Source: an uncultured Actinomycetota bacterium (lineage in GTDB: Bacteria > Actinomycetota > Acidimicrobiia > Spongiisociales > UBA4744). Taken from it: a stretch of 64,000 bases of DNA. Made by a program: the position numbers and the translations under genes. Below are positions 51,803-61,090 of the stretch, one piece after another (the first letter of the stretch is position 1; the number at the start of each line of letters is the position of its first letter). The DNA is taken from NCBI GenBank assembly GCA_963823915.1, contig CAWGNJ010000004.1:84436-148435 (forward strand), in the 5' to 3' direction. The notes beneath the pieces are model-generated. The model saw only the letters and a program-made list of their open reading frames with translations. It made no database searches and was not told where the DNA came from.

Positions 51803-53295
51803 ACCCGGAGGCCGTGCATCATCGGCGCCTCTCGTGGGAGGCGACGCCGAACCCACCTTGTCGAGTTTTCCAGCCCCGGTCGGCGGGCTTGGTCGTTCCC
51901 GGCGCTCGACGTGCCCCACCGGCACCTCGACTTTCCCGAAGCCTCGGTCCAAGTGCCGCGGTCTTCCGGAAGTTGGAGAGCACGACCTGGTGATGCACTT
52001 CACCCGTCTGGCTCATCGCAATTTCGCCGTTGATCTCGGTGCCTACCCGCTCGGGTCGTGCACGATGAAGTACAACCCGAAGGTATGCGACTGGGCGGGC
52101 GCTCATCCGGGTTTCGCCGGACTCCACCCCACTACGCCGGCCGATCGGGTACAGGGTGCGCTCGAGGTGCTGCTGGAGACCGAACGGATCCTATGCGACC
52201 TCACCGGAATGGCCCGCGCCACTTTCCAGCCTCCCGCCGGGGCTGCCGGGGAGTTGACCGGGTTGATGATCATGCGAGCCCACCACCAGGCCAACGGTGA
52301 TCCCCGGACCAAGATCCTGATTCCGGACTCGGCCCATGGCACCAATCCCGCCTCGGTCACCCTGGCCGGCTATCGAGGCCGTCGAGGTGCCATCCAACGA
52401 GCGAGGCATGGTCTGACTGTCGGCCGCTCCGCGAGGCGCTCGACGATCAAGTGGCCGGTCTGATGCTCACCAATCCCGAACACGCTGGGGCTATTCGAGG
52501 AGGAAATCCTCGAGATCGCCGAGGCGGTCCATGAGGTCGGCGGACTGCTGTACTACGACGGTGCCAACCTCAACGCCATCATGGGCATCGCCCGGCCGGG
52601 GGACATGGGGTTCGACATCGTCCACTCAAACCTCCACAAGACCTTCGCTACCCCGCACGGCGGCGGGGGACCGGGTTCCGGGCCGGTGGCAGTGTGCGGC
52701 AATCTGGTGCGCTATCTGCCGGGCCCGCTTCCGGTTCGGCAAGAAGACGGGCACATCGGCTGGGAGACGCCGGCGGCCAGCATCGGCCGGGTACACGGCC
52801 ACCACGGCAACTTCCTGGTGGTGCTTGCGGGCACTCGTCTACATGCGCGCACTCGGAGGCGACGGATTGCGCCGGGTGGCGGAGCGGGCAGTTCTCAACG
52901 CCCGCTATCTGGAGCATCTGCTGGGAGAACGGTACGACTTGCCGTATCCGAGCACCTGCATGCACGAGTTCGTCACATCGGCCAAATCGATCAAGAAGGA
53001 CACCGGGGTCCGGGCGATGGACATCGCCAAAGCCCTCATGGACCACGGCTACCACGCCCCGACGGTCTATTTCCCTCTGATCGTCGATGAGGCGCTGATG
53101 ATCGAGCCGACGGAGACCCAATCGCGGGAGACCATCGAAGCCCTGGCGGCAGCTTTGGTCGAGATAGCCGAACTGGCCTACGAAGATGCCGGCGCGGTGA
53201 AGGATGCGCCGCTGCGCACGCCCGTGCACCGGCCGGATGACGCCCTGGCGGCACGGAATTTGCAGGTCACCTGGGCGCCCAAGGGAGAAGGATGA
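51795..53295 (+). pseudogene. gcvPB: Glycine dehydrogenase (decarboxylating) subunit 2 (GcvPB), several frameshifts as sequenced
   Basis: LPEVGEHDLVMHFTRLAHRNFAVDLGAYPLGSCTMKYNPKV, IPDSAHGTNPAS, and the PLP-lysine region [18 protein letters not shown]. The C-terminus is intact to 53295. Includes a compensated shift pair in the first 60 codons. Confidence 0.8.
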
Positions 53296-54120
53296 ACATG
53301 GTCAAGACGACTGAAGAAACCGGGGTTTCCGCCACCGGCGAACACCAGGTGAGAAGACACTGGTCCGGTGACCAAACGCCCTGGGCGACCGTGCTGATCG
53401 TGCACGGAGGTGGCGAGCACAGCGGCCGGTATGACCATGTTGCCACCCAGATGGTCGAAGAAGGGCTGGACGTTCACAGTTTCGACTGGGTCGGTCATGG
53501 GAAGTCGGGTGGAGAGCGGTGGCACATCGATGGTTACCAGACGTACCACGATGATCTCGCCGAGAGAGTTGGAGCAACCCGCACGGCCGGCCGACCGCTG
53601 GTGCTGTACGGGCACTCCATGGGCGGGCTCATCGCGCTCGGGTACTGCTTGACCGAGAAGCAAGCCCCCGATCTGCTGGTGGCGACGTCGCCCTGGTTGG
53701 TGACCGCCGCCCCCGGCCTACTAAAGGCCGTCGTGCCGTTGGTCGCCAAGATCGCTCCCCGGTTGCGGTTGGACGGGGGACTCAACGGCGAGCAGCTGGC
53801 TCGTGATCCAGCGGTGGGGGAGGCCTACTTCGCTGATGATCTCATCGAGACCAAGATCACCGCGGCCTGGGGCGCCGCCAGTCTGCGCGAGCAGGCCCGC
53901 GTCCGCGCCGGATTGAGCAACCTGTCCTTGCCGGCCTTGGTGATTCACGGCGGGCGCCGACACTATCGCCCGCCCCCATGCGAGTGCGCCCATTGGGGAT
54001 CTCCCCAATGCCGAACGCCGCCTTTTTCCGGCGCTACGTCACGAAACCCACAACGAGCCGGAAGGACCGCAGGTCGTCGCCGCGGTGATTGAATGGCTCC
54101 GCAAGCAGGTGGACGGCTAG
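53292..54120 (+). pseudogene. Alpha/beta hydrolase (lysophospholipase/monoacylglycerol-lipase-like), 1 frameshift as sequenced
   Basis: LIVHGGGEHSGRY, nucleophile GHSMGG. The C-terminus VIHGGADTIAPP...FPALRHETHNEPEGPQVVAAVIEWL is in another frame from about 53955. Confidence 0.7.
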
Positions 54121-55166
54121 AGGCCGGCCATTTCGTAGCCCGGGCGAATCCGCTCGGTGAGCAATTGCTCCTTGCTCGGCAGGGAGCAGAAGGCCGCCAT
54201 CATGGCGGTTTCCGTCGCCTCTTGTAGATCTCGAGCTGTGAATTGATGATGATCGACCACAAGTGCGAACTCTTGGGACATCGAGGTTCTGCTCATCAAT
54301 CGGTTGTCGGTGCTGAGGGTGATCGCGAACCCCGCCCGGTGCAACGCCCCCACCGGATGATCACCCGGGTCGGAGAAGGAGCCGGTATGGAGGTTGGACG
54401 TCAAGCACACCTCGAGCGGCACGTGATGGTCGCGAACGTATGATGCCAATCGTCCTAGAGAAACAATCTCGCCATCCTCGACCAGGCAGTCGTCGATGAT
54501 GTGGATTCCGTGGCCGATTCGGTGAGCGCCGCAGCGCTGCAAGGCCCTCCAGATGCTGTCGGGACCGTCCGCTTCACCGGCGTGGATGGTGAGCGACATT
54601 GACGCCTCCCGGACATAGCGGCAGGCGGGGAGGTGGTCGTCGGCCGGAAAACCCCGCTCGGGACCGGCCAGGTCGAACCCCACCACCCCTCTCGGTTCCA
54701 TTTCCACGACCAATTTGGCGATCTCGAGGGAGTCGGTGGCGTCGCGCATGGCGTCGAGGATCAGGCCGGTTTGCAGGCCGGTCTCTCTCTCGCCCGAGCG
54801 GAGACCGACCAAGCGCGGCATCAACGACCTGCCGGTGGGAAAGACCACCGGTGGTGCACAAACTCGGCGCGAAGCGGATCTCGCGTAGACCACACCGTCG
54901 GCGGCGAGATCAATTGCCGACTCGTACGCCACCCTCTCGATGGCATCCGCGGTCTGCATAACACCGACCGTGTGGCGGAACGATTCGAGGTAGTGCTCGA
55001 GCGAACCGGACTCGCCCTGGTCGAACCAATCGGCCAGGGTGATTGGATCGGTGGTGGGCAGATCGCGATACCCATTCTTGGCAGCAAGCTCGAGGATCGT
55101 GTCAACTCGGAGGGAGCCGTCGAGATGTTCGTGGAGGAGAACCTTGGGCAACCGGCCGTACTGCAT
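54117..55166 (-). CDS. add: Adenosine deaminase (contains a compensated -1/+1 frameshift pair at about 54810-54882)
   Basis: LPKVLLHEHLDGSLR..., TIHAGE, GHGIHI, SLSTDNRLMS motifs. The conserved (E)IRFAP...GGLS...VVDAAL block is readable only in an alternative frame. Confidence 0.85.
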   Translation of the reverse strand: MQYGRLPKVLLHEHLDGSLRVDTILELAAKNGYRDLPTTDPITLADWFDQGESGSLEHYLESFRHTVGVMQTADAIERVAYESAIDLAADGVVYARSASRRVCAPPVVFPTGRSLMPRLVGLRSGERETGLQTGLILDAMRDATDSLEIAKLVVEMEPRGVVGFDLAGPERGFPADDHLPACRYVREASMSLTIHAGEADGPDSIWRALQRCGAHRIGHGIHIIDDCLVEDGEIVSLGRLASYVRDHHVPLEVCLTSNLHTGSFSDPGDHPVGALHRAGFAITLSTDNRLMSRTSMSQEFALVVDHHQFTARDLQEATETAMMAAFCSLPSKEQLLTERIRPGYEMAGL

Positions 55167-55175
55167 CGGGACAGG

Positions 55176-55706
55176 CTATCCGAGAAATCCGGCGGCGCGG
55201 CGGCGATCAGTTGTGGTTGGTTGCACCCCGCCGTCCAACCACCAACGACGTTCGATCAAACGTTCCCCGAAGAGGGTCACCTGCATCGTTTCCCCGGGGA
55301 CAAAACCCTTGCCCTCGTAGAAACTCTCCGCCGCCTGGTTGCCGAGCACCACGTCGGCCGTTATGGGAAGGGATAGATTCAGGGATCGGATCCAATGGAG
55401 TAGCAATCCGGCGGCACCTCGTCGACGGTGAGAAGGGTGCGTGCAGATGGCACTGACCACTATCTGGTCGTCTTCGATAAAGGTGTCGGCAAAGGCGACC
55501 ACCGAGTCGCTCTCCATCGCCAGATAGATGGGATGGTCTTCCCAGCGCTGACGGAGGGCCTCCGGCGAGTAGGACGCTTCGATCCAGGAAGACACCGTCT
55601 GAGCTTTGAGCAATCCCGCGTATGCGGCCCGCCACGATCCTTCGGCAATGGCGGCAACCTCAACGAGGTCGGAAGGCTCGGCCCGGCGGATGATCACCCA
55701 TATCAA
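55176..55706 (-). CDS. GNAT family N-acetyltransferase
   Basis: ...ICTHPSHRRRGAAGLLLHWI... is an acetyl-CoA motif. TTG 55706 lies 7 nt after a GGAGGAG SD. GTG 55697 is an alternative start. Confidence 0.7.
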   Translation of the reverse strand: MIWVIIRRAEPSDLVEVAAIAEGSWRAAYAGLLKAQTVSSWIEASYSPEALRQRWEDHPIYLAMESDSVVAFADTFIEDDQIVVSAICTHPSHRRRGAAGLLLHWIRSLNLSLPITADVVLGNQAAESFYEGKGFVPGETMQVTLFGERLIERRWWLDGGVQPTTTDRRRAAGFLG

Positions 55707-55782
55707 CCTAGTCTCCTCCGGCCCGGTGCGGATTGGGCAGCGAAGGTGTCCGATGACCGATAGATGCACTATCGTCGTGGCC

Positions 55783-56268
55783 ATGCCCAGTTTTGACGTC
55801 GTTTCAGAAGTTGACATGCAGGAAGTCCGCAACGCCGTGGATCAGACCTCTCGAGAGGTGCGAACCCGGTACGACTTCAAGGGAACCGAAACCGAAGTGC
55901 GCCTGACCGAAGACAGTCTTGTGCTCGAGTCTTCGTCGGAGGGCCGCCTCGAAGCCGCCGAGGTCGTGTTGAAGGAAAAACTGGTGCGCCGGAAGGTGTC
56001 TCTCAAGTCGCTATCGGGAGGAACCCCCCAGGAGATAGGTGGGGCGCGATTCCGGGCCATCTTCTCCCTCAATCAGGGAATTGATCAGGACTCGGCTCGG
56101 GAATTGACCAAGCTGGTACGCGACATGAAATTGAAGGTCCAGGCGCAGGTGCACGGAGATCGGGTGCGGATCAGCGGGAAGAAGCGCGACGAGCTTCAAA
56201 CCGTGATTGCCGAATTCAAAGGGCTCGACTACAAGCTTCCTCTGCAATACATCAATTTTCGCGACTAG
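55783..56268 (+). CDS. yajQ: YajQ family (UPF0234) nucleotide-binding protein
   Basis: MPSFDVVSEVDMQEVRNAVDQTSREVRTRYDFKG...YINFRD, full-length YajQ pattern. Confidence 0.85.
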   Translation: MPSFDVVSEVDMQEVRNAVDQTSREVRTRYDFKGTETEVRLTEDSLVLESSSEGRLEAAEVVLKEKLVRRKVSLKSLSGGTPQEIGGARFRAIFSLNQGIDQDSARELTKLVRDMKLKVQAQVHGDRVRISGKKRDELQTVIAEFKGLDYKLPLQYINFRD

Positions 56269-56287
56269 CTCGTGGCAAGATGGGTTT

Positions 56288-56842
56288 ATGAGCGACAACC
56301 TCACCGGCAAGTTGCTGGTTGCCGTTCCGCACATGCTCGACCCGAACTTCGCCCGGACGGTCGTCCTGGTTTGCGAGCACAACGAACATGGTGCGCTCGG
56401 TTTGATCATCAACCGACCGACCGAGGCCGCGGTGGTCAGCTACCTGCCGGATTGGATTCATCTGGTCGTCGAACCGGCAGTGGTATTCGAGGGCGGACCC
56501 GTACAACGCGAGGTGGCCGTCGGCCTGGCGGCTAGTGGTCGGGACCAACCACCCGCGGCGGGTTTCACGGCCGTCGGCCCGGGGGTAGGGCTGTTCGATC
56601 TTGAAACCGACCCCGACGATGCCACCAGCGTGGAGGGAATCCGAGTGTTTAGCGGCTACGCCGGGTGGGAACCCGGCCAACTCGAGGCGGAGATCGGCGA
56701 AGGAGGTTGGTTTGTCGTTCCCCGGGAAACCGGGGATGGATTCGATGAAGAACCCGCTTTGCTGTGGGGCACGGTGCTGGCCAGACAGGGGGGGCGGCTA
56801 GCCGTATATGCCACATTCCCGCCGGATCCCGCTCTGAACTGA
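56288..56842 (+). CDS. YqgE/AlgH family protein (UPF0301)
   Basis: LTGKLLVAVPHMLDPNFARTVVLVCEHNEHGALGLIINRP...FSGYAGWEPGQLEAEI. Confidence 0.85.
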   Translation: MSDNLTGKLLVAVPHMLDPNFARTVVLVCEHNEHGALGLIINRPTEAAVVSYLPDWIHLVVEPAVVFEGGPVQREVAVGLAASGRDQPPAAGFTAVGPGVGLFDLETDPDDATSVEGIRVFSGYAGWEPGQLEAEIGEGGWFVVPRETGDGFDEEPALLWGTVLARQGGRLAVYATFPPDPALN

Positions 56843-56864
56843 CCTGTCCCGGTATCCTCCTCCC

Positions 56865-57566
56865 GTGTCAACCACGGTGCCCCGCCTTCGCAAGTCGCTC
56901 AAGACGAAAGCCCCCAACCTGGCGGTGGAGCGACGCATGTGGGAACTCGGCTACGAGGTGGTCGTCGGAGTCGACGAAGTCGGCCGGGGAGCGTGGGCCG
57001 GGCCAATCAGCGTCGGAGCGGCCGTTGTGCCGGCCAACTCGCGGGTCTACAAGATCCGTGACTCCAAGATGCTCACCGAAAAAGAACGCGAGGCCCTGTT
57101 CGATCGTGTCGCCGACTGGTGTCTGGCCTGGTCGGTCGGGCATGCCAGCCACGTCGAGTGTGATGAGCTGGGGATGTCGGCCGCCCAGCGATTGGCCGCC
57201 CGGCGCGCCATCGCTGGTCTGGGAAGAAGACCGGATCGGGTCCTGCTCGACGGCAATTGGGACTTCATTGGAGGCGGCAACACGACCAAGATCGTCAAGG
57301 GAGACGCCACGACCTTGTCGATATCTGCCGCGTCGGTCCTGGCCAAAGTGACCCGTGATCGCATCATGCGGGCCGAGGCTGAGCACTACCCGGCGTTCAA
57401 CTTCGAAGGAAACAAGGGGTACCCCTGTCCGATCCACAAAGCGGCCTTGCAAGCATGGGGACCAACTACGTTGCACCGCCGCTCCTGGGCGTTTATGGAT
57501 GGGTTGATCTGGCCCGGTGTGCACCGGCTCCATCGACTCGATCCCCAGGGAACCCTGTTCGATTGA
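56865..57566 (+). CDS. rnhB: Ribonuclease HII
   Basis: VVGVDEVGRGAWAGPISVGAAVV...IRDSKMLTEKERE...GDATTLSISAASVLAKVTRD. Confidence 0.85.
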   Translation: MSTTVPRLRKSLKTKAPNLAVERRMWELGYEVVVGVDEVGRGAWAGPISVGAAVVPANSRVYKIRDSKMLTEKEREALFDRVADWCLAWSVGHASHVECDELGMSAAQRLAARRAIAGLGRRPDRVLLDGNWDFIGGGNTTKIVKGDATTLSISAASVLAKVTRDRIMRAEAEHYPAFNFEGNKGYPCPIHKAALQAWGPTTLHRRSWAFMDGLIWPGVHRLHRLDPQGTLFD

Positions 57567-57608
57567 TATCCGCCATATCCGGCCACCCGGCCGGTACGCT
57601 CCGCCGGT

Positions 57609-58619
57609 ATGCGGTTGCAACGCCTTTTCCCATTGGTCCTGGCCGGAGTCCTGGTGTTTCCAGCCGCCACTGAGGGCGCCTTCGCTCAAACCGAAATCGA
57701 TCGGGCTGCCGAGGCGGTCGATCAGGCCGCGGCCGAACGGCGCCAGGCTCAGCACGTAGTCGACGCCTGGGCCGCCGGAACGCGGCACGGCTTTGGACCG
57801 GGTGATGGCGGCGTCTTTCGCTCTGCAGGCAACCAACATGCAGCTCGAAGAGGCATCCTTTCGAGTGTTCCAATTGCGAGACGAGATCCTCAACGCCGAG
57901 ACCCACCTCCGCAACCTCCGGGCGGCGGCGGAAACCCGGGTGGTGAGACACGTATATGAACGGTGCCGCCGGTGGCCTGTTCTCGATTTGGTCCGCTTCG
58001 AACTTCGAACAAAGCGCCCTGCTGGAGGAAACTGCGGCCTCAGCGAGGCGAGCGGATACGCTCGAGCTGGCGGACCTGGCGGCCGAGCGGGATCGCCTCA
58101 GTGGCCTACAAAGCGGTTACAAGCACGCTCGGGAGCAGCTATCCGTGCTCCGCGGCAAACAGTCTTGACCAAAGCCACGCGCTCGAGGCGTTGTTCCTCG
58201 CGGTAGATGACCGATTCGGAGAATCCTTGGCCGGATTAGAGGAGGCCGACGCCGGGTACTTGCTGGCGATCGGTGAGTTGGAGATGGCCGAGCGTCGCCG
58301 GGCCGCCCGGGCCGGGGTCGAACCCTGGCGTTCGCTGGTCGAGCAGTATTTCCCGCAGGAATCGGTCGAAGAGGCACTGCTCGTCATGGCCTGTGAAAGC
58401 GGGGGAAACGCCGACGCGGTACACCCGGAATCGGACGCTTCGGGGCTCTTTCAATTCCTGGCCGGAACCTGGGCGTTCTCGAGCGTCAAGGCAGGTTTCC
58501 AGGGTGCCAGCCGGTTCGATGCGGAGGCCAACGTTGCCTCTGCTGCCTGGTTGGTCGAATACTCGATTCGATCTGGTCATCCCGCCGGAGCCTGGGGCCA
58601 TTGGGTGTGCCAGCCGTAG
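57609..58619 (+). pseudogene. Secreted coiled-coil protein with a C-terminal lytic transglycosylase (SLT-like) domain, 3 frameshifts as sequenced
   Basis: Signal peptide MRLQRLFPLVLAGVLVFPAATEGAFA and long coiled-coil segments. The C-terminus is ALLVMACESGGNADAVHPESDASGLFQFLAGTWAF. Shifts are near 57778, 57945 and 58165. Confidence 0.7.
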
Positions 58620-58627
58620 GGAGGTGG

Positions 58628-59776
58628 CTATTCGTTGGCGGCGTGTACGCCTCGCTTGGCTTTGCGGAGGTTCTTCCAGCGGGTAGCGAGATCGCCGCCC
58701 TCGATGTCTTCGAAGTCGAATTCCTCTTCCTCCGGGTCGTCGCCATCGCTGGCGGCCGCCTCGACGGCCTCGGGCGACCTTTTTGCTGAGGCTTGGGCGG
58801 CTTCGGCCTCGTGCAGTCGGTGCAGTTCCTCGAGAAGACGTGCGGGGTCTTCATCATCTTCGTCGGAACCGTCCTCAACGGGCAACCAGGTCGGTCCGGC
58901 GTCGTCGGGAGTCTCGCCATCGGCCAAAACCGGCTCAGCCTCAGCCTCGGATTCTGGTTCTGGTTCTGGTTCCTCGGCCACGACCTCCTCGGTCTCGGGC
59001 TCCGGAGTCGTCACTTCAGGTGCTTCCACCTCGATCGGTGGGCCCTCGACGACCTCAGAGAGGAGTTCAGTGGCGGCCATTGCGACTTCGGGAAGGTCGG
59101 TGGTGACGAAGGCTATGAGACCCCGTTGGGTGAGCTCGGCCACCTTCTTGGCGGCAGCAAACTCGAAGATTTTGAGATGCCGGGCGATATCGTTGATGGT
59201 GGTTGACGAACCCGTGGCAGCCAGCAGAGCCCAGTCGCGGCGCCCGAGCAAGACCTCTTCGGCTTCCTCCAGCCGGGGAGCCATCCGAAATGGTTCGGAA
59301 GCGGAGGGAATGACCTCGAATATGCGGGTCCAGGCATCGGCGCGGGCACCGGCTTGACTGATCATGTCTTCGACGTCGAATGAGTAGGGGATTTCGCGGC
59401 GGCTACGGATGTCAAGATCAAAGCGGAATTGACCCTCATCGACCCGGAGCAGGCGGCTGAGTACTTCGACGATCATTTGCTCGAGGAACCGGCCAAAGGC
59501 TTCCGGGTTGTTCTCGAGAAGGTCGGTGAGGTCGACGATCCGCCGGTCATCCACCGAACCCACGTAGTCCGCCCGATACTCCATGTGGAGGAGATCATCG
59601 ATCGGATCGTCTTCGTCTCGGTTCGTGGCGAAAGCAACTCGGCCGTCGACGATGAAGATCCGCCCTGTAGGGGAGGCGTTCTCGATGCGGATAAGTCCCG
59701 ATTTCCCAGAGGAAGCGATCAGCCGAAGTACGTCCGGCAACGCCACCGTATCCAGGCTTCCGTTCAACATCGTCAC
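58628..59776 (-). CDS. DUF4388 (PATAN-like) domain protein with an acidic E/P/A-rich C-terminal half
   Basis: The N-terminus GSLDTVALPDVLRLIASSGKSGLIRIENASPTGRIFIVDGRVAFA is the DUF4388 pattern. The tail contains EPEPEPESEAEAEP. Confidence 0.65.
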   Translation of the reverse strand: MTMLNGSLDTVALPDVLRLIASSGKSGLIRIENASPTGRIFIVDGRVAFATNRDEDDPIDDLLHMEYRADYVGSVDDRRIVDLTDLLENNPEAFGRFLEQMIVEVLSRLLRVDEGQFRFDLDIRSRREIPYSFDVEDMISQAGARADAWTRIFEVIPSASEPFRMAPRLEEAEEVLLGRRDWALLAATGSSTTINDIARHLKIFEFAAAKKVAELTQRGLIAFVTTDLPEVAMAATELLSEVVEGPPIEVEAPEVTTPEPETEEVVAEEPEPEPESEAEAEPVLADGETPDDAGPTWLPVEDGSDEDDEDPARLLEELHRLHEAEAAQASAKRSPEAVEAAASDGDDPEEEEFDFEDIEGGDLATRWKNLRKAKRGVHAANE

Positions 59777-59868
59777 TGTGCAGCTTTCCTTGATTGAACG
59801 ACGTCTCTGGATTTCTATCGGCCCCGAATCGCTTCACCTAAAGCAGGTCGGTGCGCCAATTTGGATCC

Positions 59869-59896
59869 TTGGGCGGGACGTGAATCAGCGTAGAAT
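59869..59896 (+). promoter_or_regulatory. Promoter candidate giving a leaderless transcript for the 59903 ORF
   Basis: TTGGGC (59869-59874), a 16-nt spacer, then TAGAAT (59891-59896). ATG 59903 begins 7 nt after the -10 element and has no SD. Confidence 0.35.
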
Positions 59897-59902
59897 CGCC
59901 GC

Positions 59903-60274
59903 ATGGCAATGAATTTCATCGCCGGTTACGTTCTCGGACAGCGGAGCGCCGGGCGGGCGGCAGGGATGGCGTCGGCCGCTTCCACGTTTGCATCGTCTCC
60001 GACCGCCAAGATCCACGCACTTGACGACCGGATTGATCGCCTGATGCTCGTGGTGGAAAGTATGTGGTCGCTGTTGGAAGAGAGTGGCTACACGGTCGAG
60101 CAGCTGATGGAAAAAATCGCCGCGCTCGATGGCAGCGACGGCGAGATGGACGGACAGGTCTCCACTTCGGCCGGCCGGTGCGAGGATTGCGGAGCGATGC
60201 TCGGGCGGGGCCTCTCGATCTGTCAGTTTTGCGGCCATCCCACCGGGATAGTCGACCCCTTTGGTCAGGTCTAG
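59903..60274 (+). CDS. Hypothetical small protein with a C-terminal zinc ribbon
   Basis: 123 aa with a hydrophobic N-terminus, a helical middle and CEDCGAMLGRGLSICQFCGHP. No family recognised. Confidence 0.5.
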   Translation: MAMNFIAGYVLGQRSAGRAAGMASAASTFASSPTAKIHALDDRIDRLMLVVESMWSLLEESGYTVEQLMEKIAALDGSDGEMDGQVSTSAGRCEDCGAMLGRGLSICQFCGHPTGIVDPFGQV

Positions 60275-60334
60275 TGGTGTCAACGTCGGTCTGGGTGTGC
60301 ACCGTAGGCCGACGATCAATCAAACCTCGAAAGG

Positions 60335-61090
60335 GTGCTTATGAGTAATAAGGTGCGAACGGCGGTCGTCACCGGGGCTAGTTCGGGGATTGGTGAAGCC
60401 ACCGCCCGGCGACTGGTGGCTGACGGCTTGGCGGTGGTGATGGGAGCCAGACGGCTCGAAAGGCTGGAGGCGATCGCGATCGAGACGGGCGCCCGGGCCC
60501 TGCCGCTCGACGTGACCGACCCCGACTCGGTGATCGCCTTCTGCGATGCCGTGGACACCTGTGACGTCCTGGTCAACAACGCGGGCGGAGCGTTGGGCGT
60601 GGATTCGATCGCTGAAGCAAGCGACGAGCGTTGGCAGCGAATGTATGACGTCAATGTGATGGGCACGATGCGCATGACCCGGGAACTGCTGCCCAAACTG
60701 GTGGCGAGTGGGAACGGGCATGTGGTGGTGATCGGCTCGGTAGCTTCGACTGATACCTATATCGGAGGTAGCGGGTACAACGCTGCCAAATTCGGCGTCC
60801 GGGCCTTCCGCGAGGTTCTCCGCAAAGAGATGCTTGGCCAACCGCTCCGCGTTACACAAATCGATCCGGGGATGGTTGAGACCGAATTCAGCCTTGTCCG
60901 ATTGGAGGGCGATTCGAGGGCAGCTTCCCGTGTGTACGAAGGACTTACGCCCTTGACCGCGGCGGATATCGCCGATTGTGTTGCGTGGGCGGTGTCCCGT
61001 CCGCCCCACGTCAGCATCGATGAGATAGTGGTGCTGGCGCGGGATCAGTCAACGGCCACTACGGTGTTTCGGCGCCCGTCTGGTTCCTAG
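60335..61090 (+). CDS. SDR family oxidoreductase
   Basis: VVTGASSGIGEATARRL, NNAG, and the S...YNAAK catalytic motif. Confidence 0.85.
   Translation: MLMSNKVRTAVVTGASSGIGEATARRLVADGLAVVMGARRLERLEAIAIETGARALPLDVTDPDSVIAFCDAVDTCDVLVNNAGGALGVDSIAEASDERWQRMYDVNVMGTMRMTRELLPKLVASGNGHVVVIGSVASTDTYIGGSGYNAAKFGVRAFREVLRKEMLGQPLRVTQIDPGMVETEFSLVRLEGDSRAASRVYEGLTPLTAADIADCVAWAVSRPPHVSIDEIVVLARDQSTATTVFRRPSGS

Noticed and set aside
57567-57608. Possible cyclic-di-AMP (ydaO-type) riboswitch upstream of the secreted transglycosylase gene, as seen before rpf and cell-wall hydrolase genes in actinobacteria
   Set aside because: The intergenic region is only 42 nt, far too short for that element.
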